A stretch of DNA of 60,292 nt, the filler included. It is 5 parts of 5 records of this genome, joined end to end, with 100 filler letters (N's around TTAATTAATTAA, not from the genome) between each part and the next. Parts side by side here need not be neighbours in the genome. Positions count along the whole stretch, not along the records: positions 1 to 18,005 come from SRR20825019_955; 4 more parts are not named here. One strand, 5' to 3'. The translations under genes and the position numbers were made by a program. Below, in pieces: positions 1-9,878 of this stretch (its first letter is position 1; the number at the start of each line of letters is the position of its first letter). The notes beneath the pieces were generated by a model, which ran no database searches, had not been told where the DNA came from, and worked only from the letters and a program-made list of their open reading frames with translations.

Positions 1-63
1 AGGAGGAGGAGGAGGAGGAGGAGGTGGTGGTGGTGGTTGAGGTGGAGGTGGAGGAGGTGGTGG
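1..63. repeat. (GGA)n/(GGT)n trinucleotide low-complexity tract at contig edge
   Basis: aggaggagga...ggtggtggtggt; reads as poly-Pro on the minus strand, but there is an in-frame TAA near position 100. Confidence 0.8.
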
Positions 64-522
64 TTGGGAGCAGGGGGTGAATGATGCTTGTGGGAATGCT
101 TAGCAGGGGCAATAACGGGTTTGCCAGTGTGCAGCGGTGAGCGAGGGGCAAACAGACAGAGATCTCACCACACTCACCTCACCACCGTGAACTGCACTCA
201 GCCGTGAGGGTTCCACTATGGAACTCATCTCCGGAGTGGCCAAATCAACCGAATCATGATCACTGGCCCAGTTACTGCATAAACCGGAGGAAAAAATCTG
301 CTAGTAAAACGGGCTTGTGGATAATACTACTGCCCACTGACACCAATTGACCTGACCAGCGTTGCCTGGCTGGAGCTGGAAAATTTCACTCACTTGCCGG
401 AATGCTTCGGTTCGATAACAACTGCAAATGAGGCGACCCGCCCAGTATCGGCTTGATCTCCCAAAGGACAGGATTGGATGAGTGACTCCCCAATTGGGGG
501 ATACAATAGCTTTTGCTTTCAC

Positions 523-700
523 CGCGCTCCCGTCGCTCGTCGGCTTGCCGCTCCGCCCTCACTGGTGACCACCCCCGGTCGCCGTCGTCCAGTCCGCGGG
601 CGCCGCGGGCACCGCCCCGGCCACCGGCCCCGGCTGCCGGGGGAGCCCGGCGCCCCCCGAGTGACGCACAGCCACGCAGCAGCCGGGGCCGCTGTAGACC
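523..700. promoter_or_regulatory. GC-rich island upstream of gene at 768
   Basis: 601-660 has only 5 A/T in 60 nt; ends about 70 nt before ATG 768; overlapping ORFs are R/P/G/A-rich artefacts. Confidence 0.55.
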
Positions 701-767
701 CGACGAGTCTGGTCTTTTGCTAAATATACTCTTGATGCGCTCAGCGAACTAAGGGAAGCGATCCGTC

Positions 768-1870
768 ATGAGTAAAGCTGCCGAGAAACGTGCATCGAGT
801 GACAACCAGCATTCACCTCAAAAAAAGGTACGGAATCCGAGCAGAACCGTTGAGCTCGTTGCATACTCTACAAAGATCGAGCCGTATGAGTGGAATCCTC
901 ACAATGAGAAAACATGCACCCAAGTTCTTAACACACTCAAGTTTTGGAAAATTGATGGAAAACTTGTGAGTGATGGTTCAGTTAGTGCCGTGTGGTTGGA
1001 CAACCAGAAGGATGGAAGCGATATCTTCAAACTGAAGCAAGTCTCAAAGAAAAAGAATCGCAAAGATACTGTATTGAAAATGATTGTTTACCCAGACGAG
1101 ATGCATCCCCTAGGGGAAGATTTCTACGGTGAACCCATGTTTATTGGGGTCAAGTGAGTGAACACTTATGGGTCTAACTTTCACTTTTAATGTTTTTTAT
1201 ATTCACCAGGGAGAAGTACAAGGTTCACACTGTACTCGACTCGGACTATAAAGGAGATGCTGAGATGAACGCATTGGTAGAAAAAGTTCGAAACCTCACT
1301 GAAATCAAGGACCCCAACTCAGACAACACACTAGAAATTGATGCTATACAGGGGTATATTGACGAGTTTGAGATTGAATGGGATGGTAACAAAACAGGAG
1401 AATTGACGATTTCAGAGACAGAAGAATTCCCTGCTCCTTATAGTCCGTACTTTGAGAAGGCCGTAGAGAACTTTTTTGCCGTACTCGATGATATCTCGGA
1501 GAGACCGAAGTGGTGGGAGAAGCAAGTCAAACAATGCTGTGTCGACAAAATGGTAAGCAATCACTTTCCCGTTTTGACAAATGTGCTTATTTCGTATTCA
1601 TCATAGTTCACAAACTTCAATGAGAATTGGTCAATTAATGAGAATGGCAAAAAGCGTCCACTGACAAAGAAGGAATTTGTGAAGAAACTGGAAATCGTAA
1701 ACGTCAGCATCTTCCCATATGGGAGTGTCTGCGCGAGGGACTGGGAGAAGGGCGATAACTTGATGTATCATGAGGTGATGTTCGAAGTGGACAGCGAAGA
1801 AATGTTTACAGATCATATGTTGATGGTATACGGATCGCGCGAGAAGGGATGTTTCCACGTGAAATTATAA
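768..1870 (+). CDS. Spliced gene (exons 768-1153, 1210-1552, 1607-1870; about 330 aa) with a C-terminal region resembling bacterial DUF2262
   Basis: Introns GTGAGT..CAG (1154-1209) and GTAAGC..TAG (1553-1606) join three ORFs in frame. FEIEWDG, WEKQVKQCCVDKMFTNFNENW, LTKKEFVKKLEIVNVSIFPYG and EEMFTDHMLMVYGSREKG match my recollection of the DUF2262 pattern. Confidence 0.75.
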
Positions 1871-4800
1871 ATCCATGACACTTATGGTTGAGATATCGCT
1901 GATCTTGGTCATGATTGACCACGACTGAGCAACGCGGAAAACATGTTCTCGAACGGCACAAAATGTCTCTCCTAGCACAGTCTGATCAGAGCTTCGTTCT
2001 TGGCTACTGCGCTTCAGCAATGCCGAGAGCTTAGGTACAAGATCTACATAGTGGTGGTTCCAGGGGCTGGATCCCATGACTCGCCGCAGAGAACATGGCA
2101 GCGCATTCATGACCATGCTGGCACTTGGTGGACTGTTGATGCTGCTGACCATATCGCTCGTCCCCGTCGGGGCCCAGTAGCACACCCCGGCAACGTATGC
2201 AACCGCGACATTTATGGACGGGCACGCGGCTGCCATGTCCAAAGAATCGAGGAGATATTCCACATGGGCTCCTGGCTTCATACGGGAGGCAGGGCGGGCC
2301 AGCCAGTGGACGAACGGAGCAACTTTTGTTCCACAGTCCGTTGTCAACACAAAGTGGCGCGCGGTCTTGAGTAACTCCAATATCTCTACAGAGCCATCAG
2401 GCAAAGCTGCAGATGTCAGTGAGAGAACGACTGCCATTTTGCAGCTGGCATCAAAGCTGAGGTCATTGTGAATAGCCAGCCATTCGGCTCGCTCATTTGC
2501 AGTTAGCGCCGATAAGACATTTCGCGACAAAGACTCAAGGATCACCATGCGATTCTTGTTAATGCCTTCCCTGTCCAAAATGGATGGCATCACCATGAGC
2601 GTCTGTTTAGCCACATCCCGGGCGATCCACTTCGCAGCGTCCGGAACATCGGTAGCACATAGTACAGAACGAAGACCCGCAAAGAGCGCCTCAACCATAC
2701 TTGTGTCGCCCGAATTGTCCGCCCTTCGCACTATCGCATCCCCAAGTTTTGGCATCACAGTCTTGAGACGATGAAGTGATAAACTCTTGTACAGTAGTGG
2801 CTGACTTATGAGGGTCACATTTTGGGGACCCGGATCCAGAGTGAAGAACACAGATTCCTCCACAAGCTCACTGACAAGCTCGTGAATGCCATCTCGTTTG
2901 TCCGCACGGCAAGCATACCCGAAGACAAGAGATAACACTGATACATTCATCGGAGTGTTATCCATTCTCAGTAGGCGCATAGCGATGGCAGCCCAGCCAA
3001 TAGGCGGAAGAAACTCTACCCTTGCTAACTCTGAAATCAGCAGCTGTGCATGTGAATTCCACGAGTCCACTAGCTCCGGTGTCCGAGAGTATGTTGTCAG
3101 CTGCTCACACACGCCCCGAGTCAAACTGCCTTCAGGAATGCTCTGCAGGCTTATTGACGCTGTTTCTCTGTCACCACTGGCACCCTCGTTAAAAATTTGG
3201 GCCAGCACGGATACCAGAATCGGTGCTACTTTGCAGGAAGATGAATCACTCAACTGTCCTGCAGTTGTATCCAGCAGGCTCTTCAGTACATCTGCAAAAT
3301 CAATCTCTCTTTCAGACATGTTGGTCAGATACGACAGGTTCGATGATGTTCCGGTGGCAAGTCCCGTCCGAAGTGGGCCCAAAAGCTGTGCGCCGGCCAT
3401 AGCGGCGATGCCAATTGCGGCCCCACCCCGAACCACACTATCCATGGGCTCTGCGTGGAAAGTATGCAAAACTGCAAGAATTCGGGGACCAAGTCGAGCT
3501 CCATCGTGAGTCAGCCCAATTCCCTTTTCCGTACAATCGTGAAGCATAGAGCCCAATGCCACGAGAATTGCACTCTTGGCACTGTCGCCCACCTTCTCTA
3601 GTGCCCTAAGGGACTCCAGCACAACTGGTGCCACCTCGTCAGGAGATACAATACCCAGCGTGGCTGCCGAAGTCACATATGCAGATAGGGGCAAGTACAC
3701 CGCACCAAGACTTTCAGGAGTAGCCGACTTTGCAGCAGAGCGTAGAGAATTGGTTACCAATGCGATGGCGTCATATTCGCACGCCATATTCAAGGCCAAA
3801 CAGCATATATTAAGACCAATCGAAACACCCATGCCAGACCACTGGCCAGACATACCCAGAGGCAATGCGGGAGCAGGCGTCTCACCGCAGGAAATACGCT
3901 CAGCCTCTTCTGGTGTGACACCCATTAGCATACCAAGGAGTTTCAAGACAGTCTTCCGTAGCCATTGGGCCCTAATATCCTGAAGAATCCACCGAGACGA
4001 AGAGGAATCTTTCTCCGAAGATTCGACCACTGGCGTTGAACGACATATCGTATGTGCCATATAGCCTAAAGCAATGGCACCGCCCGAGCACACCTCTATG
4101 TCCTCAACATGTTCTTTGCACACATTCAGCACTAACGTTGATATGTCCTCAACCCGCTGCATGTCCGCAATATTCAGCGACCCACAAGCCATTCCGACCG
4201 CCGCCAATGCCGAACCCTTTATCTTGAGAGGTGTTCCCTGCCCTTTCGCGATATCGAGGAGCTTACTGACCACAAGTGCCGTATCGCCTTCAGAGGATGG
4301 CGGAAGCGAAGCCGCAATACATCCAAGCGCCATACAAGCATTAGCAGCCATCTGAGGTCTCGAAAAGCTGTCACAGTGGCCACCAATGGTTCTCATGATG
4401 TCACTGAACACCTCCTCCGTCGCCTGATCTTCCCCAATGGTGCGCCCCGCGAGGCTTTGTGAGGCAATCTCGCCATCCACCTTGCATCTGAAGTAACGCC
4501 GCGCGAAAGAAGGCCAGAAGACTATTGCGGCAGTGTTCTCCATCCAATCTCCCAGACTCATATCTGAGAGAACATCATCCATGCACAGACTATACTCCTC
4601 ACTATAATATACTTTGTGTCTCCGCCCAAGTGCGCTGCCTTTCTTCAGATCCGCAGGTTGTTTTGGCTCAAACATGTATAGTCGGGACACAAGCAAATTT
4701 CGCCGTTCTGCCGCACTCACAGGCTTATGATTCACAACGCTATGGGCTAGCGAGCGAAACGCTTTCTGAAGGGAGGACGACTGGAACGGAGTAACATCCG

Positions 4801-7153
4801 TCACGAGATGTCGCACTTTCACAGAATTTTCTTGCGCCAGAATGCGGGAAATCATTCCCTTAGATTCCTCGTGCGTAGACATTTTCATAATCATATCCAC
4901 AAAACCCTCACGCTCAGTTACAAACTCCTCAATATCCGATGCGGCCAATTGAGTCAGACCACGCAATGCTGCCTTCTGAACCTCCTTGCAACCGGACTGC
5001 AGGCTGTCCCAAATGTACTGCAGGGCCATTCGGCGCTGTTCTACAGGGTCTTCTTCCTCGTCGCTGCTTCCAGAATCATTTCCATCTCCTTGCGATTCGT
5101 CACCAGGGACTTTGGTTGTGGCCGCGGCAACGGCTGCAGATGCTGCCTTTGCCCCTGTAACGAACAAGTCGACAACAGCAGCCCTAACCTGTGGGTGAGA
5201 GATCGTTTCCATACGCCCGGAAATGACACCCCATGCCGCGAACATATCCAACACATCCGCTTGACACAAAAAGTTCATTGCATAAAGCCCTAGCGACACC
5301 GAGACATGGTTGTCAGAACGGCACACAAGACCAGAGAGAATCCCTATAAAATCTTCGCCCTTGTCCGGGGACCTCTTGCAAATGCCGTGAATGCATGAGG
5401 CCACAGATATCTGCACATCGATATTGTCGGAATTATGGTGCTTTTCAACCATCTCCTCGAGCCGAGGGAAGGTGCGAGGTTGATTTTCCCACACCATGAA
5501 CTGCAGTCGCACAGCCAGTGCTGTAGCCCGGCCGCCCCCTGGCACCAATGTGGCGATCGTTCGCAGTACGGGCCCAACACAATCTGGGTTCTTGGCAGCC
5601 GCGGGCAGGCAGCTCAAGAGGGACATTTGAATCTTCGGCACCGTCTCCAGGGCTAACCTATACAACACCACTGGTAGAAACATCTTTGCAATGGCAATAT
5701 GGTTCCCCATAGTATGGCGGAAGACGGTTGCGGCCTTCTCTCGCAGATCATCAGACTCTGACAGGATTAAGGCTAGCATATGAAGGGCCATCGGCAATGA
5801 TGGTTCAGACATTGTTTCCCCACCTTCTGAAATCCTGGCATCGAGAAACTTGTGATGCGCAGACTCGGCACAGGTAACCAGCGAGAGCAAGCGCATTGCC
5901 TCATCGCATTGATACATCAGTCCTGTTAAACCAGGCCATTCAACATCCGAGACGGATTCTCTGATTCCACAGGCTCCATTGTACCACATCGTCTCCACAT
6001 ATCTCAGTAGTTTTGCGGCATGGTCTTTAACTGTGCTGCACGGAGTTGTGCGGAGCTGCAGGAACACAATCACCAAGAGTGGACACACGCTCTTAGCATC
6101 GCAAACAGAGCCTTCATCACCACCCTCCGATAAAAGCTGTCGGACGACCGTCATTGAAGCTTCTTGTTCTTCCTGAGACTCCGCCTTTAGGCACAAGCAC
6201 GCCGCTGTGACCAATACTACAGAAGGTACCTTCATCGAGACCATTTCGGGCTTTTTCATCACCATGGACTGCGCCATGTTGAGAACGGAAGTGACCGCGC
6301 GAATATCATTCAGATACGACACACCTCTTTCTAACCTCTCACAGCACATCTGCATCCGCTTCATGACTAGTGTGATTAAGGTGCTGCTGGGGTCTAATGG
6401 CGATGAAGCTACAAATGTCGACGCCACGTCTGCAAATATTTGATGAAAAAACGCACTGTCGGTAGGCGAAGCTGTTGGCAGCGTGTGTATAACTGCAACT
6501 AGCCGTGGGACAAGGTCGGCCTCGATAGACTTATCTGACCACGCCACTCGAATCAGCTCCCTGAAGAGAAAGTCTTTGAATTGCCTCCTTTGGTAGGGGG
6601 GTTCCGGTTCAAGCAAGATATACGCACACATCGGCCACAAATTTCGAGTTGCAACCACTCCATACTCACGAATCGACTCGCAAGTTGCGGAGGCCACCTC
6701 AGGCCAGTGGTCTGGGCGGTCACACAAGACCTTGGTCACTGCATGATTTTGAGGATCCTGCAATCCGCTCTTTCCCAAAACAGTTGCCACAAGGCAACCG
6801 GACCCGACAAGCTTTACGACAGATGAGACAACGTGGGGAACCATGCGGTCATCAACTGAAAACGATGCAGAAAGCAGTGCATCAGCAATAAACTCTCTAA
6901 AATGCCAGTAGTCATCGGTCGAGGAGCCCACATCACTAGGCAAAAGACCATTTTGCGCAAGCAGGAGCAGGCACTCACAAGAGCACTCAACTACAGCTCG
7001 CTTTTTCGACTGAAGACCAGACACAATATGCATGATCTCTTTGTCCTTCTCCCAAGGAGGAGGAGATTTTTTCAATTTAACCCTACCCAGGTAGTCATCA
7101 GTGCGGCGGCACAGCTCCTTGAGCTCATCTCGTGCATTGTCAAGGGCTGCCAT
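1865..7153 (-). CDS. FOCAD: Focadhesin/RST1-like large HEAT/ARM-repeat protein (DUF3730 region); apparently intronless
   Basis: About 1760-aa helical ORF; LAVRLQFMVWENQPRTFPRL, ISVASCIHGICKRSPDKG and LCQADVLDMFAAWGVI resemble focadhesin/RST1 segments; likely ATG at 7153 (MAALDN). Confidence 0.75.
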   Translation of the reverse strand: MAALDNARDELKELCRRTDDYLGRVKLKKSPPPWEKDKEIMHIVSGLQSKKRAVVECSCECLLLLAQNGLLPSDVGSSTDDYWHFREFIADALLSASFSVDDRMVPHVVSSVVKLVGSGCLVATVLGKSGLQDPQNHAVTKVLCDRPDHWPEVASATCESIREYGVVATRNLWPMCAYILLEPEPPYQRRQFKDFLFRELIRVAWSDKSIEADLVPRLVAVIHTLPTASPTDSAFFHQIFADVASTFVASSPLDPSSTLITLVMKRMQMCCERLERGVSYLNDIRAVTSVLNMAQSMVMKKPEMVSMKVPSVVLVTAACLCLKAESQEEQEASMTVVRQLLSEGGDEGSVCDAKSVCPLLVIVFLQLRTTPCSTVKDHAAKLLRYVETMWYNGACGIRESVSDVEWPGLTGLMYQCDEAMRLLSLVTCAESAHHKFLDARISEGGETMSEPSLPMALHMLALILSESDDLREKAATVFRHTMGNHIAIAKMFLPVVLYRLALETVPKIQMSLLSCLPAAAKNPDCVGPVLRTIATLVPGGGRATALAVRLQFMVWENQPRTFPRLEEMVEKHHNSDNIDVQISVASCIHGICKRSPDKGEDFIGILSGLVCRSDNHVSVSLGLYAMNFLCQADVLDMFAAWGVISGRMETISHPQVRAAVVDLFVTGAKAASAAVAAATTKVPGDESQGDGNDSGSSDEEEDPVEQRRMALQYIWDSLQSGCKEVQKAALRGLTQLAASDIEEFVTEREGFVDMIMKMSTHEESKGMISRILAQENSVKVRHLVTDVTPFQSSSLQKAFRSLAHSVVNHKPVSAAERRNLLVSRLYMFEPKQPADLKKGSALGRRHKVYYSEEYSLCMDDVLSDMSLGDWMENTAAIVFWPSFARRYFRCKVDGEIASQSLAGRTIGEDQATEEVFSDIMRTIGGHCDSFSRPQMAANACMALGCIAASLPPSSEGDTALVVSKLLDIAKGQGTPLKIKGSALAAVGMACGSLNIADMQRVEDISTLVLNVCKEHVEDIEVCSGGAIALGYMAHTICRSTPVVESSEKDSSSSRWILQDIRAQWLRKTVLKLLGMLMGVTPEEAERISCGETPAPALPLGMSGQWSGMGVSIGLNICCLALNMACEYDAIALVTNSLRSAAKSATPESLGAVYLPLSAYVTSAATLGIVSPDEVAPVVLESLRALEKVGDSAKSAILVALGSMLHDCTEKGIGLTHDGARLGPRILAVLHTFHAEPMDSVVRGGAAIGIAAMAGAQLLGPLRTGLATGTSSNLSYLTNMSEREIDFADVLKSLLDTTAGQLSDSSSCKVAPILVSVLAQIFNEGASGDRETASISLQSIPEGSLTRGVCEQLTTYSRTPELVDSWNSHAQLLISELARVEFLPPIGWAAIAMRLLRMDNTPMNVSVLSLVFGYACRADKRDGIHELVSELVEESVFFTLDPGPQNVTLISQPLLYKSLSLHRLKTVMPKLGDAIVRRADNSGDTSMVEALFAGLRSVLCATDVPDAAKWIARDVAKQTLMVMPSILDREGINKNRMVILESLSRNVLSALTANERAEWLAIHNDLSFDASCKMAVVLSLTSAALPDGSVEILELLKTARHFVLTTDCGTKVAPFVHWLARPASRMKPGAHVEYLLDSLDMAAACPSINVAVAYVAGVCYWAPTGTSDMVSSINSPPSASMVMNALPCSLRRVMGSSPWNHHYVDLVPKLSALLKRSSQERSSDQTVLGETFCAVREHVFRVAQSWSIMTKISDISTISVMDL

Positions 7154-7292
7154 GGCAAAGCACCAACACTCGCAAAGCAAAGACAGAAGATGGTCACCTC
7201 TTTATATCGCAAGATTTCGATATCTCCCTTCAGAGTCCGGCCACTTGCTGGAAACCGGGTGTACACGGACTTCAGTCCTGGGACACTCGGAG

Positions 7293-7468
7293 AGCCCGGC
7301 CCCTTCGGCTGGCCAAGTGACTCGGCCGAGCCGGCCCGGCGGCCGCAGCCGCCGGCGCGCCGCGCCCCGGCCCCGCGGCCGCTGGCCCGCGTTCGACGGA
7401 GAGGGCGCCGGGCCGCGGGGCCCCGCCGGGCCCCGCCGGCCCGCGGGGCCGGGGCGCTCGGCTCGGGT
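7293..7468. promoter_or_regulatory. GC-rich island with long inverted repeat upstream of FOCAD
   Basis: 7321-7380 has 3 A/T in 60 nt; perfect 17-bp inverted repeat 7362-7378/7441-7457. Confidence 0.55.
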
Positions 7469-7522
7469 CAGACGATGCCGCACTGTAACTAAATATAGAA
7501 GCATTCTGTAATAGGCGCTAAT

Positions 7523-8937
7523 CTACGACTCATTACAAAATAAAGTTACACTGGCAACATGATGGTTTTTCATAACCTGAAGACTGACTTGTTAGTTGCT
7601 ATCTCCATGCATACCATTCATTACCCACCTCCCATATGACGTTGGAATATCCATAGAACAGGGTAGCAGAGAAAGGGTTCCCAGAAGAGCTCTTCTTATT
7701 CACGACAGGCTTTCCAGCGCTTCCGAAGACATTTTCAACTTCAGGCCAAGTATGGTTGGGGGTGATAGAGCCTTCTGCCATTGAACTGTTCCAATGAAAT
7801 TCTTCACCGGGAATCTTGGAGGCCTTGCAGATGCGGTAGTTACAACGAGCATACTCATTGAATTCCTGGCTTCCTGGGAAGTTCGTGTGTAGCACAAGTT
7901 TTTTGACCACATGTGTCCGACAGTTAAACAGGACATCCACACCCATGTGCAGGTAGTTGAGGAAATAGTCTCCTCCGTTTTGGGAAGGAGGGGTACCTCC
8001 ATTCATATCATCTGTTCTCGCATGAATCTTCATTTTGTCGTTCTCCTTATAAAATGTTGGTGCTGTCCCAAACTCCCCAACCACCTCCTGGTAGGACATG
8101 CCAAAGAGGATCGCTTTTTCCCGGCCCCCGAATATGATCCCATGATTAGCAATGGCATATACCTCCTCATTGTAGTGCTCGAAGGCGCCACTCAACCGGG
8201 GGTATGTCAATTCCTTAATATCTTTTCCATGAAATGTCAAGATTCTAGACACCTCAGGCGTAGAACCATCAGGAAACTCCAGCGGCATTTCTGATGGCAA
8301 CAGTCAGGGTTTCACATGCACCAGGCATTGGAAGTTACTCTACCTCCGTCTTCGTAGCGACTTTGAAACTTTGAAGGGATAGGGAATACGAAAGAGATTC
8401 CGGGGTAGTTCAACAGATAGTTCTGTGTGACATGGTCGTATTCGCCTGGGTATGTTGGCCCAAACAACTGATATATTGACATGAAAGTTGCCGTGACGGC
8501 GGGGCCGCTACAAAGAAATATCAATATGTTAGCTCGACATTCACTAGTCAACGCCGGCGAACGCACCAGAACACTTTCCCCGAATACGAGAGAGCCACTT
8601 TCTTTGGATTGTTCACTTCTACTGTGTACAGTCTCTGTGTAGTTTGATCAATCCTCAAACGTAGACCATCCGAAAACAGTTTAATGACGTAGTCCGACTC
8701 CAGTGGTTTCTATAACTGCCCTCAGCACCAGCTATGCACCAACCATTCACAGATCCTACCACGTCGTTAAACACAAACTCGACGTCTGGAAACTTTGATG
8801 CGTCCTGCACAATATCCAACACTTGACTCATGACCATGCCTATGTAGTATGTCAGACTGGACGGATACAGGTACGCGCCAACACTTACCAACATGAATAG
8901 GTCCAACAGATACACCCGGCACTACTTCCAAAGCCAT
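7523..8937 (-). CDS. PHAF1: PHAF1/C16orf70 (UPF0183) family protein, 6 exons
   Basis: Introns (minus strand) 8888-8840, 8759-8710, 8566-8508, 8343-8291 and 7628-7577 are all GT-AG and restore frame; motifs LEVVPG, FGPTYPGEY, YFLNYLHMGVDVLF..THVVKKLVLHTNFPG..FNEYARC, EVMKNHHVASVTLF. Confidence 0.9.
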
Positions 8938-9108
8938 TGTAGGAACTTCTTTCCACTCCGCTTCTGAGCGGTTATCAGTGCAGTTGCGTCCATACATCTA
9001 CATCTACTGTTTAGATGTCACCCTCTCGATCTCGAACTGACCGCAAGTGCCCTTTCTTAGTCATCCGGAGCAGGAATAGGTGGTAACTACCACATCGACG
9101 CATGTGGG

Positions 9109-9398
9109 GCTGCCGCACACTGCGAGGAGGCGGTTGGGCCCCGGCGGCCCGCCCGGCGTAACTCCGCACGCGGTGTTCCTGACGGCGCAAGCTCGTCCTC
9201 GCCCGCGTCAGGGGGCCGGGGGTCCGGTCGCGTCCCGTCCGGCCGGGTGCCGGGCCCGGCGGCGAGCGGGCCCCCACCGGCCCCGCCTTGCCCGCGCTGA
9301 GCGCGGCCGCGGCCCTCTCTTTGCGGCCGGGCGGGGACGGGGGCCGGGCCGAGTGAGGACGCCGCCGGCGGCCACCACCACCCTCGCACAGCACGGGC
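9109..9398. promoter_or_regulatory. GC-rich island in divergent PHAF1/NMD3 intergenic region (smaller GC patch at 9567-9660)
   Basis: 9241-9300 has 7 A/T in 60 nt; lies between divergent start codons. Confidence 0.55.
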
Positions 9399-9878
9399 TC
9401 AAAATGAACGGCTGGCATGCATGAGCCCAAATTAACCCACAATTTCACATGAATACAAAAAATCTCTCCTTTGTATCATCTTGATTGTCTGGGTGTTCCA
9501 AGGCAGGGCCTAATTATAGCCCAACCTTACCTACCAGCAGACTGGTTCAGGGCATGGAGCATGATGGGCTCGGGGCCCGGCCCGGCTATCCTTGGGGGTA
9601 GTTGCCAATGTGACCGGGCTCGCCCCCTGGCGGGGCCATCACAACGTTGTTGGAGGGGCCATCATGCTAATCCATTGAAGCACGGTAGCTAGGTTTCGCC
9701 GTAATCGTGCCAGCTGGACTTCTTGTTGCCGCAAATCCAAGGCGGTTTACAGTATGCCAATTCGTTGTCTTGGCTGAACCACATGCTCTTTGTGCTGACA
9801 GCCCCTTTCCTTGGGCCATGAGGCATGTGTTTATATATCCTCCTGACGGCTGTTGGGCCGACTATCCAACAGCTTACC

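Noticed and set aside
1-260. Possible poly-proline (formin/WASP-like) exon on the minus strand
   Set aside because: In-frame stop near position 100, no convincing splice model, and truncated by the window edge; treated as a simple repeat.
478-752. R/P/G/A-rich ORFs over the GC islands (also 6902-7511, 9011-9448, 12305-12880)
   Set aside because: Open in several frames only because extreme GC lacks stop codons; no recognisable domains.
2000-6891. Many plus-strand ORFs inside FOCAD, and antisense ORFs throughout the bacterial contigs
   Set aside because: Shadow ORFs of well-supported genes on the opposite strand.
9707-9878. N-terminal extension of NMD3 in the ORF track
   Set aside because: ATG 9879 plus intron 9938-9987 gives a typical NMD3 N-terminus; the extension is read-through of UTR and intron.
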